A DNA stretch of 59,805 nt from Prasinococcaceae sp. CCMP 1430 (GCA_013416795.1 RQSC01000010.1:86836-146640); one strand, 5' to 3'. Positions 10,601 to 19,652 are shown, counted from the stretch's first letter. Translations and numbers: made by a program. Notes: generated from the sequence alone by a model not told the origin.

Positions 10601-11590
10601 CTCTGCCGCATGGCGCCCGACCTCTCAAACGCCGGGGGTGAGAGACGGCTCGCTTTTGCCAGTGCCTACGTGGTTGCTGTGGTGCAGGCGCTAGCGGATG
10701 ACCTGGCGGTCAAACCGTCTGGTGCTGACAGGCTAGTCGCCCTGCTTGCGTCGCCGCCCGACGGCGGCAGCGCTCGAGAAGAGGAGATAGCCGCCGGCGT
10801 CACGCGGCGCTCCCTGGTCTTCCTGCGTCGGGCGGCCGTGCTGAAGAGCGTGCTCGAGGATGCACCCCTGAGCGCGGTGCTTGAATGGGCCCCGTTGCTC
10901 GAGCTGCAGTCGACGGGCGGGGACGCCAACGAGGTTCTGTCTCTGTGGCTCTGCCGCCACTTGGGGCTGCCGCACCCACGGGAGATGCTGCGCTCCTTCT
11001 GGGCCGGCCGCACTTTGGCGCTGCCACTGCTCGACGCCGTCGTGAGAAAGCACACGCCCGGAGGCCTCGCGCGCAGGCACGCCCAGCAGCGCATCAAGCT
11101 CGCAGGGCCGATGCGGTACATTGCCCCTGCTCCCGAGGCCCGTCCTCTGAAGCTCATTGAGCTGCCGCGCAGCTACGAGGTGCTCTTCCCTGAGTACCTC
11201 AAGGCGCCGTGCAGCATCTGCGGGCAGGTGCCGACGTCACCAGCGCTCTGCCTGCTGTGCGGCACGCTGGTCTGCAACAATAGCCAGTCCTGCTCCAAGC
11301 GCGGCAGGCGCGGGTGTGCTCGCCACTCTCTCGCCTGCGGCGGCGGCGTGGGCGCCTTCTTGCTGCTGCGTGACACGCGCACGCTGCTACTGCGCGCCGA
11401 GCGCCGCTGCGTGTGGGGCTCGCTGTACCTGGACCAGTACGGCGAGGAGGATCCCTCCAGGAGGAGGGGCCGCGCGCTTTACCTCAGCCAGGAACGGGTG
11501 GCCCAGCTCACCAACCTGCTCGCTGGCCACCGCCTCGAGGACGACCTCGTCATAAGCTCGCGGACGGTGCGCGACGGGAGGCTGCACTGA
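4679..11590 (+). CDS. PRT6: UBR-box E3 ubiquitin ligase of the N-degron pathway (PRT6/UBR1 family), apparently intronless
   Basis: UBR box (CGAEWGRNDVAYRCRTCEKDPTCAICVQCF...HEGHDY...GGCCDCGD...W...GFCKKH), winged-helix region (LRREIIQRLAAGDATHSQ), split RING (CLLC...SCGHTFHSGC...FPCPVCRRL) and UBR C-terminal domain (LYLDQYGEED...RRGRALYL). Confidence 0.93.
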   Translation: MERLGVGAQAVGGETATATAPTAAAVSVSTVSSVDEALELAKAGLSPSHSERAKVGAYLTSLCVAGNPWAGGAGGGVAGKRRRAPGQHRRGPPRAPPGEAKSSGGAAEGAVDASAAGSSPRTPAPATTASAAAEEFAMRVVAGCIGRGAYSETALASALEWVLCAGCGGDPAPVLAAIEAKCGSGGACGAEWGRNDVAYRCRTCEKDPTCAICVQCFLAGDHEGHDYMMIRTSGGCCDCGDVDAWESSGFCKKHQLPSSQQELPQPLGELLPGALRGIMKLWACKLLEAATAAKSGAAADEQFHEYVDEDETSDSDEDPFEGNLEDDEDTDDGMEDLDVVGAAAGAGLLAGEPQMAIDAGGNGGDGDGSGGDDDSEEAADDTGSDSEGIDGSDDEAGTELRQLFEQQGLMLPSRRAPSAVEKTVQVISATLAKWLLGLCGRGTALLSAVADAVSEKTIRIPAQKDTKDGKDHKEVSILHVFLGVSTAAPAGVTGAVRPLLYKLMADSKFKRSFAHALVDHYPEHMAAASADVHSLRSSLSANLLDAFSVQVFTVFSLVEELVRDRGLLEMLLETTLSVLRRGTTAQGLDLESAAVEKRLYSRVVEDLRYVLMAPAVNELAASSPSVLVRWMGVIASVQGIDEHTRKLGAHVEMESDAWIAAFLLETHVSHISPLLLQGAKRAQKEEQALLSSTLVAHLLRWLAHTATHRALTSASVVAARLKRMRKQLTGQQGGQPPMHEAWNNSNADAGGVDAPSQLELLHALVMTYAPGEALSLDPGAVQSFTNVDGRLHGTAPVHRCVWDLFAKHPASAEEPMRTLVNAARVLLADGGGPSGANETGGGSGGAVRTATAAPGDGGQVLSGASSGGDIGVGEDITSFIDSLISRAAALAKTAVGAPPEPWESTVASNAVLAAATYDPAAIVRLNAACEVVQAPRPITFNLPLHRFLAEVFKQALRDGGTGPARALLPTPFCDDPSQAAALGCAIAQHPLELLGVIAEQRAGMWRRNGFSFAQLVELYYSAQWCEGALELDLALLQVSACLQAVDSEGAGVDAGALVRGAARAFGLGGMLEGRAPSVEGSNVLAQNLVELLLVLGKERRTTIGYPSPKGECARTALRREIIQRLAAGDATHSQVQAYLPQAKSDEMSNIELVEEVLAEVADFVEPQGLKQGHFKLKKDSWKHYDMHHPRCHQRDFQKAVERYAAATGGGVIVADLLPKWSEPPAQCAHLAEMVCCEDVLTLVGASMVGASAAVKDATAASGRPGVLPLEEAAVTALHLLCLAGRAAQWRGGELVSVLSSRLGDRRKWYGPSTSARVASDQERTESCWCLSVFDMLATLATSEGETGMCAKAVLASLNDSLGTDVQAGRAGTQGEPSGVQEGGPPGASSAAEDAPSPQDDAEARRALMKAKQEAAMAAMRQQQEFFLTQMEGMDTSSDDEMDEGDAAAKDAAAAAADEGASAAAEGCVQGAAGTCKKSDKDEGSHPVCLLCRGSAATPLCRLALAQRSSVALHAGLPPPVWSRSAGSDDEATQGSAGESSAPIGALPYAHSGEFVSLRKRDLALPDRGQLNIHTTCLRGVRARKRAVAAAMDTPHSHFGAAMSHGAAGSGMASPATIVGDHRPESNVEITSMHVGGCVVMSCGHTFHSGCLESYCSSLLSSTPAAAAAADGMEMGEFPCPVCRRLSNCSLPVAFGDNAQNEPRATVPEAPPAVNASDLDEVLSGFADARQRHAEAVEEASTKVAQHVAALKRADSSEGTEDLSQFPPMLARRRGDLVDSLASRLCCLGNADAQLEPAAAAGISEMVGHGDERATLALKLSLENSIVALEVESRQGDGSKARGTTETDADSSSARAALAALAESAHRQEEVLRVLYRAAATHRKGSELARCLREVSLCGGFEELSGEHTMHPLVQASINVLNEVANFLGPNPRGKDPISSKFGTARDALLLARGSLLLSQSDSNKDALAKDPFAVLCRMAPDLSNAGGERRLAFASAYVVAVVQALADDLAVKPSGADRLVALLASPPDGGSAREEEIAAGVTRRSLVFLRRAAVLKSVLEDAPLSAVLEWAPLLELQSTGGDANEVLSLWLCRHLGLPHPREMLRSFWAGRTLALPLLDAVVRKHTPGGLARRHAQQRIKLAGPMRYIAPAPEARPLKLIELPRSYEVLFPEYLKAPCSICGQVPTSPALCLLCGTLVCNNSQSCSKRGRRGCARHSLACGGGVGAFLLLRDTRTLLLRAERRCVWGSLYLDQYGEEDPSRRRGRALYLSQERVAQLTNLLAGHRLEDDLVISSRTVRDGRLH

Positions 11591-12291
11591 TGGGCGCGGC
11601 GGTGCGCCGTGCCGATGTGTACAGTACTGTACGTACGTAAAAAAACAAAAATAACGAACTGGGTGAACACGTGCGCGAAACGAGGCGTGTGGGGGGAGGG
11701 ACAGCGACCGCTGCTGGCCACACCACGGGCGGCCCGAGCAGTGGGGGGAGAGGGTGTGGCAAGGCACGGTGCGCCATGGTGCGGCGACGGCGCGCGGCTG
11801 GGCGCGGCAAGGCAGCAGCTGCCGCCGCGGTCGCGGCGGTGGCAGCAGCGGCCGCGTGCGCGCGCCCTAGCCACGAGGCGCACGCCATCCTCACCTCCAC
11901 CCACCCACCGCGAGTCTCACCACACCACACACCTCACCCCCGCGTCCGCCTGCCTGCTCGCCGGCGGCGTCTGGCGCGCGCGCGGGCGCCCCCTCGCCAC
12001 GCGCGGCCTCTCAGAGCCGGGGGTAGCTCCCGAAACCCTCATCACACCTCACAGACGCGCAGGAACAGAGAAGAGAGGCAAAGCTGAGCCTGCCAGAGGA
12101 AAAAAAAACTTGGAAAAAAAAGCAAAAGCGAGTGCGATCCGGCATGCTGGGGCTGCAATCGAAAGCGGCGCACGCATGCATTCGTGCTGGGCGCGTACTA
12201 TCCTGATGGTACGTACCATCGGATGGTACGAGCGTGCTCATGTTGGAATGGCAGTACGCAGTCTTACTCGCCTCGTCGCAGCGCGCGCGCG

Positions 12292-15200
12292 TCAGGACTG
12301 CGCCTGGGTGACCACGTCAGCGCCGGCGCTGTCCACGTCGCTGTCGAGAGCGCTCGCACACGGCGACGCGACCGCGAGCTCCGCGCGCTCGGCGACGGGG
12401 AAGGCACCCTCCTCGAGCTGGTCGAAGGCAAAGCCCAGCAGCGGGCCAGGGGCGCACTGATGTCCCGATGGGTATCCGACGAGCCGCTCTGATCCGGGCG
12501 CCACGCCGGTCCTCCTCTCGGCGTCAAAGCACGCAGCTGCGCGTGCACCTGCTGCTATGCTACGAAGGTCCTCCAGGGTACGCCTGTAGAGGAGCCGCGG
12601 AGCCCGCTTGTGCTCAGGGGCGGCGGCGCACGCTGCGTAGGCGGCGCACGCCAACGGCGCGTGCTCGCAGCTGAAGTAGTGGCGCCTCCACTCGTGCGTG
12701 GGCGTGCTCGTATGAGCCTGCTGCGTGTGATGGCCCTGCTCCTCGCCATCAAACCGCTCCACCTTGGCACCGCCGTCCTCCTCCTCCTCCTCCTCCTGCT
12801 GCTGCTGCTGCCTCTGCTGCTGCTGAGCCTCCGGCTGCTTGTTGTCCCCAGCCTCCGTCTCGACCCACTCCTCCCACACGACCGCCGAGTGGTACAGGTC
12901 GGCCGCGCACTCCTCGCAGTCCTTCTCGTGCAGCTCACCCTCCATCGCGCGCTCCTGGCAGACGACACCCGCGCGCGCGACGACAGCGCGAGCCTCCTCC
13001 TCCTCGCGCAGCCTCGCTGCCATTGCCTCGGCGATCCACGCGCTCTCATCGGGGTGACCACGGCCGCTGCTGGCCTTGGCGCCGCGCGTGCCTTTGCCCT
13101 GCGAGGCTTTGGCGAAGCGCATCGCATGTTGTTCCGCCAGGCTTAGGACTACCTCATCGTGCGAGATGACGCACGCTTTAGAGTGATTGGCGTAGTATCC
13201 CTTCAGGCAGCCGGCACCCCACGGAAGCCAGTCGGGCGGGCCGAAGTTGACAGCCTCGGCCATGTTGAAGCCTGAATTGAACCCTCCGTGGTACGCTCCT
13301 GGCATGGTGATGATGAAGTTGCCCTCCTCCTGCACCGCGCGGCAGATGGGGATCCCTGCGGCGCGCAGCTTGTTGGGGCTGACCATGGTGACAATCTGGT
13401 GCATGAGACTGGGCTCGTCCTCGAAAAGCGCGGGAACGGAGTTGTACACCACCTCCTCGAAGCGGTGCGCCATGTCCTCGGGGATTCCGTACCACACCTT
13501 TGGCTCGCCCTTGTGGTGGTAGTTGATGGAATAGAGACCCTGATCCTCCACATGCCAGCAGAAGGCGCTAAAGAGGCTGCCCATGTACAGCCACGGCACC
13601 ACCACGCCGCTAACGTTGTCCTTGATATTGCGTAGCACGGACGTGGGCCAGCGCGCAATGTTCATCACATTCCAGGGCATCTCCGAGTACGGCACCGCCC
13701 CCTGCCAGCGCGGTTTCGCCTTCGCCAGCTTCTTGTTGTGGCCGCACCAGCCGATGTGGTCCTCATGCAGCGGGAAAGCGGAGCCATAGTCGGAAGTCAG
13801 CAGATCGTTGCCGTAGTGTACCTCGACGGGCTCGGTGGGCGCCTCGACGATGCGCCAGAACTCGTCCTCGATCTGCTCGAGGGTTGGCTTCTCACCACCG
13901 AAGTACTCCTTCTTGAAACTGGTTGCGTACTCGAGGTACTGGTTGTACGTGTAGGTGGGGCCCTTACCCCAGCCGAATCGGAACTCCTCAGCGGACGCCA
14001 TGGGGGCGTCCCCTGCCTCTCTCTCCTCGACCTTGCCCTCCGCATCGACCTTGCTCTTGTCAGTATCGCCCTCACCCGCTGCAGCCGGCGCGGAAGCCTC
14101 TTCCTGCCGCCTCTGGGCCTCTTTAGCGGCGGCCAGCCAACCCCTGCAGGTGACACAGCCAGCAGGTGCCATGCGGCATTTGGCGCAGCCGACTTCGCCA
14201 GTCTCAATCACATGAGCGCGGCGCGAGCCAGGCCTTGGCGCACTCATCGACCCGTGTCCCTTGAAAGCGCGCGCAAGCCTCTGCAGTCGCTTCGCCTCCA
14301 TGTCTGCTGCGACGCGAGACGGCAGGCGCTCCTGGAGCAGGCTCGCGTCCTGCACCTTCGTAGGGAACCACCAGGCATCGTTGTCGATCGCCTCCTGCAG
14401 TGCGATCGGCGGCGCCCAGCCCTTCGGCGGCACTATGCGCGCCATACCGTAGGGGGCGGCCACCGATCGCACCCGCATGATGAAGGAGACGGGGTCCGCG
14501 AACTCCTCGACTGTGGGCCGAAACGTCGGCGCCTCGGGCAAGCCGCGAGGCGCGTGCTTCTCATCCGGATACCACCGACCGACACGGCGATGTGCCCCCC
14601 GCGCGCGGCGCTCAATGTCGACGCGCCCGAATACGTCGGCCAGGTGCTGCATGAGGTCTTCTTTGGACATGTCGCCGCCTGCGAGTAGCTTGGCATCCTC
14701 GGGTGACAACTCATCCGGGAGGTTGAGCTTCGGCGGGCGCGCACCAGGCGTCATGGCTACTCGCCAAAGCGTCGCATGGTCGAAGGCGGCAGCAGCAGAA
14801 CGCTCGTCTGGGTACCCACCGAGGCTCGTAAGCTCGCCCTTGATAGTAATGCGTGCCTCCCACTCCGCGCCACCGCCCGCGGCTGCGGCCGCGCCCGCGC
14901 CTAGGCGCTTGACGCCGGTGAAGCCATCTGCGCCGCCATACGCCGCGCCGCGCGAGCGCTTGGCCGCGCCTTGTGATCCCTCGGCCAAGGCACCCTCGCG
15001 CGGTCGCGCCGCTCGGCGCACTGGCCGCTCTCGGAGCACCTCGCTTCCCACGCCGAGCGCGGCAACCTGCGCACCGAGCGTTGACCTCCCTGCGACTGCG
15101 ACATCGGGCACGGGCCCCGCGTACCTGCCCTTTGAGGGCGTCGCGTACTCGGTGTTTTCAAGCTTGAGGGTCCACCGCAACCGGATGGCGTTGACGGTGC

Positions 15201-15378
15201 GCTCGAGCGCGCGCGCGCAGCGTTCCACCGTCCACGGCTCGGGGGTGTCCGCGGCGCCGTCGCCACGAAATGCGCGGCGAACCATGTCATCGCCCTCGGG
15301 CGTCCACAGGCGGCCCGCTGGTGCGACCATGATGGCGCTGGCATCCGCGACCCCCGCACCGCCTCCCGGTGCGCACAT
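12292..15378 (-). CDS. KDM5/JARID1-type JmjN-JmjC histone demethylase with N-terminal Myb-like and AP2 domains and C-terminal C5HC2-like finger
   Basis: JmjN (EAPTFRPTVEEFADP...YGMARIVPP); JmjC with intact Fe ligands (PWLYMGSLFSAFCWHVED...AYHGGFNSGFNMAEAVNF); CEEC...CEH zinc-finger remnant. Start ATG 15378 or 15330 is uncertain. Confidence 0.9.
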   Translation of the reverse strand: MCAPGGGAGVADASAIMVAPAGRLWTPEGDDMVRRAFRGDGAADTPEPWTVERCARALERTVNAIRLRWTLKLENTEYATPSKGRYAGPVPDVAVAGRSTLGAQVAALGVGSEVLRERPVRRAARPREGALAEGSQGAAKRSRGAAYGGADGFTGVKRLGAGAAAAAGGGAEWEARITIKGELTSLGGYPDERSAAAAFDHATLWRVAMTPGARPPKLNLPDELSPEDAKLLAGGDMSKEDLMQHLADVFGRVDIERRARGAHRRVGRWYPDEKHAPRGLPEAPTFRPTVEEFADPVSFIMRVRSVAAPYGMARIVPPKGWAPPIALQEAIDNDAWWFPTKVQDASLLQERLPSRVAADMEAKRLQRLARAFKGHGSMSAPRPGSRRAHVIETGEVGCAKCRMAPAGCVTCRGWLAAAKEAQRRQEEASAPAAAGEGDTDKSKVDAEGKVEEREAGDAPMASAEEFRFGWGKGPTYTYNQYLEYATSFKKEYFGGEKPTLEQIEDEFWRIVEAPTEPVEVHYGNDLLTSDYGSAFPLHEDHIGWCGHNKKLAKAKPRWQGAVPYSEMPWNVMNIARWPTSVLRNIKDNVSGVVVPWLYMGSLFSAFCWHVEDQGLYSINYHHKGEPKVWYGIPEDMAHRFEEVVYNSVPALFEDEPSLMHQIVTMVSPNKLRAAGIPICRAVQEEGNFIITMPGAYHGGFNSGFNMAEAVNFGPPDWLPWGAGCLKGYYANHSKACVISHDEVVLSLAEQHAMRFAKASQGKGTRGAKASSGRGHPDESAWIAEAMAARLREEEEARAVVARAGVVCQERAMEGELHEKDCEECAADLYHSAVVWEEWVETEAGDNKQPEAQQQQRQQQQQEEEEEEDGGAKVERFDGEEQGHHTQQAHTSTPTHEWRRHYFSCEHAPLACAAYAACAAAPEHKRAPRLLYRRTLEDLRSIAAGARAAACFDAERRTGVAPGSERLVGYPSGHQCAPGPLLGFAFDQLEEGAFPVAERAELAVASPCASALDSDVDSAGADVVTQAQS

Positions 15379-15976
15379 CCTGCACGGTGCGGGGCGAGGC
15401 GTCGCCGCCAAGGCGGGCCCCCACGCACTCTCCCTGCGCGGGAGCGCGCGTGGTGAAGACCAGCGCGGAGGGTGCGGACGGCGGCGGGCGAGGTGCCGCT
15501 GCCGACAAGCCCCCCCTTTCCCCTACTGCTCTGCCCCGCACGCAGGCGCCGCGCGGTGTGGCGTGCCGCCGCCGCTGCGCGACACGGCGGCGGCTCGTTC
15601 TTCTTTGGTTGTTTCTGACCTGCTTCGCAGGTGTTGGTGCGTGTGCGCTTGCGCGGTTCGTGGGATGCGGCCTCCGCCAACCACACGGTGTGCGTCGTGC
15701 AGCGCATGCGCCGGCGTCTGGCCTGACGGTCGGAGCGCACTTCGAAGGCAGACCTCGCCCCGCGCGTGCCCCCCTTCTTCCACCCGCCCGCCCCTTCCCG
15801 GGCGTGCGCGGCGGGGCGCGGCGCGGCGCGGCGCGAGCGAGGCGCGGGCATTGATGGTGATTGGCCCTGTGGGCAGTGGCAAGAGCACTTTCATCAACGG
15901 CCTCCTTAGCGCGGGCAAGGCGGGCGGCCGCCGCGGGGTGGCGACCCGCGCGGCGCTGTGTAGTGCCGCGCTGGCG

Positions 15977-16620
15977 ATGACGTCCTTGAGGTCGAGCGGA
16001 GGAGCGGTGGGTCTCGCAGGCGCGGTGCAGTCCGCAGACCTCGTGGTCCACTCGCTCTTCATCGTGAATAAGTCCGGTGGCCTCGTGTACCACCGTGACT
16101 TTGGCGCGTGTGCGCGGGGCATACTGGACACAAATGAGACTCTTCGCCTCGGCTCGATCTTCCACTCGCTGCACGCGATCTCCACGCAGCTCTCGCCGGT
16201 CGAGGGATGCACGGGCATGCGCGCGTTGCGAGCTAATAATTTCGCGCTGCACTGCTTACAGGTCCGTTGTGCGCTGCCGCCGCGCCCTGCCGCGACTGTG
16301 ACTACTGAGCACGACCGAGCACACGACGCGCGAAACAAGGTTGGCGCGAGTGCTCACTCCTGAGCGCTCGTCGACCACTGCGCACCTTACCTCTCCTGTT
16401 ACCGCAGGCGCACACTGGCACCAAGTTCTTCCTCCTGGCATCGCCGGGGGCCAGCGATGCGGCGCTGGCGGCCGTGGTGCGTTGTGTGTACGAGCGCTAC
16501 GCTGACCTGGTACTCAAGAATCCCTTCTACGAGTTGGAGATGCCCATACGCGTCGAGCTCTTCGAGGAGGCGATGGCCAAGCTAATGGCGAACCCGGCGG
16601 TAGCCCAGACACCGAGATAG
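15977..16620 (+). CDS. TRAPPC4: TRAPP complex subunit 4 (Trs23/sybindin family), 2 exons
   Basis: SLFIVNKSGGLVY, TNETLRLGSIFHSLHAIS, TGTKFF, YADLVLKNPFYELEMPIRVELF. Exons 15977-16261 and 16408-16620, intron 16262-16407. An in-frame upstream ATG exists at 15854. Confidence 0.92.
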
Positions 16621-17207
16621 TGCGCGCGCAGCCAGCCCGTGGGTATGCAGCAGTCGCCCACGCAAGCATCCCCGCACAAGCACGCAGCGCAGCAAGTGGC
16701 GCTTTGTAGTACTGTACCATATGTGATATGTCTTTGTTTACTGTACGGCGCCCAAAGTTTTGGACCGAGGTACCGTCGCAGCTTAAACTACACAGTGCAT
16801 GCCGTACATATGCACGTAGTACGCCTACCCCAAATCGCATTGTGCGGTTCCCCGCTGCGAGCCCCAGAAGTGGCGGCGGTGGCGGTGCGGAGGAGGCTCG
16901 CGCTGCCGCACCACAGGGCGGGCGCGAGGCGTCAGGGCCAGCCGGCGCGCACGTGCGCGGGTGCGTGCGCGCTTCCTTGAGAAGGCTTGGACGGGACCGG
17001 CGACAAGCGTGACCCTTTGCGTCCTGCGGGTCGGCCGCGCGGAGGCGGAGAGAGCCAGGCGGCGGAGCAGCTAGCGGGGCGGGCGGGGGTGACGGGGACG
17101 GCGGTCGCGGTCGCGGGCGCGGGCTGCTGCCAGGTCACCGCTGCCGCTGCGTGCGCACAGGCGCGCTGCTTAGGGCGATCAAGACGCATATACGGCCGAG
17201 TACAGCC

Positions 17208-18013
17208 ATGGCCGACCTTGGACTTGGCCTCACTGGAACGACCATGACCAAGTCCTCAAGCAATGGAGGCAGCCGTGGCCTGCCAGGCTCGGTCGCATCG
17301 CACCTGACGGTACGCACGCGCGAGATCCCCACTCCACGCCACTCGCTCGACCACGTACCGATCCCGCTGCGGCCGCAATAGTATCGCGTGGGCACGCTGC
17401 GCGGGGCTAGCACACGCACTGTGCTGGCGCACGCGCCACTTGCATTACCTGATGCACTCCGCGCGGCATGCGCGCCGCCCCTCGCGGCTGCCGTCGCTCT
17501 CGCTCTCTGGGCAGGGTGGGAGCGGCGCGCTCGGCGTGGGCGAGCGCTACTCATTGTGCGGGCAATTCATCATCGGGCGTGACGGGCAGTGGCGGTGTCG
17601 CGGCGCGGCTGCAGCGGGAGACGTGCCAGGCGGGGACGAGGGCATAGGGAGGGTGGCTGGGCCAGGCCAGCCCCTCCCTTTTTGGGACGAGTCACGCGTG
17701 CTAATTGGTGAGGCAATGCGCTCGCCCGTGAAGAAGGAAACTGCAGACCAGCGAAAGGTGCGTATGCGCTCGAGGGCTGCAGCGAGCGGCAGCGCGCCGA
17801 CAGGTGTTTGGTGCTCTCGCTCGAGCTATCTTTGTGTGCGCCTGACGCTCCCTCTCTTTCTCTTTCGCGCGCGCCACTGGTCACCAGGCGCGGCAACGAG
17901 ACACGTTGAGCAGGCCACGGGCGCAGGCGGCTGCCAAGGGTGCCAAAGAGGACGGCATGGCCACGCTGAGCTCGCACGTACAGAAGCTCAAGGTCAGCAC
18001 GCTGCGGTTGTGA
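17208..18013 (+). CDS. Hypothetical protein, 3-exon model
   Basis: Exons 17208-17309, 17515-17757, 17888-18013 joined by GTACGC..CAG and GTGCGT..CAG introns keep the frame (MADLGLGLTG...FWDESRVLIGEAMRSPVKK...VQKLKVSTLRL*). No recognisable domain. Confidence 0.45.
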
Positions 18014-18182
18014 CGACCAATGCCGTCAGCGCTCGGCATTCGTGCTCGCGTGGCACCGTCCGGAGGCCGCACGCAAGCGAGCATGGCCTGTACGCGATAG
18101 TGTGCTCGGGGGGCGTCCCAAGTCAGGGAGCTGGCGCTTGGCTCGTCAGGGGGTAAAATGTCTACATTGGTACTGTACATGG

Positions 18183-19652
18183 CTAGCGCGTGAGGATGTC
18201 GTACAAGGCCACGACAATCTCGCAAGAGATGAGCACGATGATGATCCACTCGAGCGAGTCGGACTTTCTGTTCTGAAGCACGTCGAGGAAAAATTTCACC
18301 TGATGCTGAATGAGATTGAGCTTGAAGTCCAGCGTCTCGAAGCGATCCACCAGCATGAATTCGTCTCGCATGGCCTCCCACACGGTGTTGTACCGTGCGA
18401 ACTGCCACGCAGCGTCAGAGCGGTCCATCAGGCGGAGCTTGAGCATCACGTCGTGCATCATGGAGTTGTTCTGCACGACGAGCTTCAGCAGGCGCTCTCG
18501 GCGAACCTTCATCTCGCCAGTGACCTCCAGCTCGCTGTTGAGCTGCGAAAAGTCTGCGAGCATCTTGTCCACCTGCTGTGCGTAGTGGTCGAGTGCCACC
18601 GACTGACCGAGCACCGTCGAGATGACACGCACGTTGTTGAGGTCCAGCCGCTGCACGGTGATCTTGTCGGCGCCGAGCTCGGACCACTCCTCGAGCCTGG
18701 AGTCGACGGCGGCCGCGTACGACTCCTGCCGCGGGCCACCGGGTACCTTGCCACCTACCGCCAGCGCCTGCGCGTACTGCACCGCTGCCTCCCTGTCGGC
18801 GGCCGACGCGTTAAGCGTCACGACCGCTCCGAAGCCGAAGAGCACCGTGAACGTGCCGTCGTGCCAGCGCTCCGCGCGGTCGGGCTGCAGCGAGGACAGC
18901 GCGGTCGCTGCTGCACTGGCCGCTCGCCGGCGCAGCCGCTGCTCGCCCTCGCTCTCGGCTGGACGCTGCACGCCACGCTCATCCACGCGGTCGCGCTCGC
19001 GCTCGACCTGCCCGTCGACATTACCCTGAAGCGCGGCGGCCTCCGAGCGCACGTGCTCGAGCAGCGCCTCCGCAATGCTCGACACGGCGGCCGTGTCCAC
19101 TTCCGATTGCTGCCTGCCGCCACTACTGCGCGTGTCCCGGACCTCACTCCCGCTTTGTACCCCGCGCGCAGCGCCCGCAGCCGCCTCGCCGGCCTCCTGG
19201 AGCGCCTCGCGCTCGTTTTCGCGTTTGCGCTGCATCGCGGCCGCCCTGTTGACCAGCGTCGCATCAAGGCCGCCGTGCACAATGACACAGTCGCGCGAGA
19301 GCGTGAAAGGCACCTTCCAGCCGGCGAGCTCGTTGCGCGCGCGTCCCATGTCGAGCTGCCGCGCGACGTAGAACGCGCGCACTGGCACGGCGGCTTGCAC
19401 GGGCGTGGATTGGGGCATGGGAGACGACTCGGGCGTCTGCTCGCCTGGCTGCTGCTGTAGTGGCTGCTGCTGCTGCCGCCGCGCGCGCGCGCGCACAGGC
19501 CCGCGCGCGTCCTCTGCGGCAACCTGCGCCACCGCGGCCGCTGAGGTCATGGGCCGGCGCCAGGCGTCCCCTCGCGCGCCTGACCACAAGGGCGACACCC
19601 CCGTCACCCACCACCCAGCCGCCTTGCGGCCTGCTTCCATCGCGGACCGCAT
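18183..19652 (-). CDS. RMND1/Rmd1/DUF155-family protein, probably mitochondrial
   Basis: VRAFYVARQLD, VLFGFGAVVTLN, LGQSVALDHY, EFMLVDRFETLDFKL and C-terminal TM LEWIIIVLISCEI typical of DUF155. Confidence 0.88.
   Translation of the reverse strand: MRSAMEAGRKAAGWWVTGVSPLWSGARGDAWRRPMTSAAAVAQVAAEDARGPVRARARRQQQQPLQQQPGEQTPESSPMPQSTPVQAAVPVRAFYVARQLDMGRARNELAGWKVPFTLSRDCVIVHGGLDATLVNRAAAMQRKRENEREALQEAGEAAAGAARGVQSGSEVRDTRSSGGRQQSEVDTAAVSSIAEALLEHVRSEAAALQGNVDGQVERERDRVDERGVQRPAESEGEQRLRRRAASAAATALSSLQPDRAERWHDGTFTVLFGFGAVVTLNASAADREAAVQYAQALAVGGKVPGGPRQESYAAAVDSRLEEWSELGADKITVQRLDLNNVRVISTVLGQSVALDHYAQQVDKMLADFSQLNSELEVTGEMKVRRERLLKLVVQNNSMMHDVMLKLRLMDRSDAAWQFARYNTVWEAMRDEFMLVDRFETLDFKLNLIQHQVKFFLDVLQNRKSDSLEWIIIVLISCEIVVALYDILTR

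Noticed and set aside
14477-16363. 628-aa plus-strand ORF and the many other long Arg/Ala/Pro-rich ORFs in the track
   Set aside because: Shadow or antisense frames expected at this GC content; only the 3' part of this one (TRAPPC4 exon 1) has recognisable motifs.
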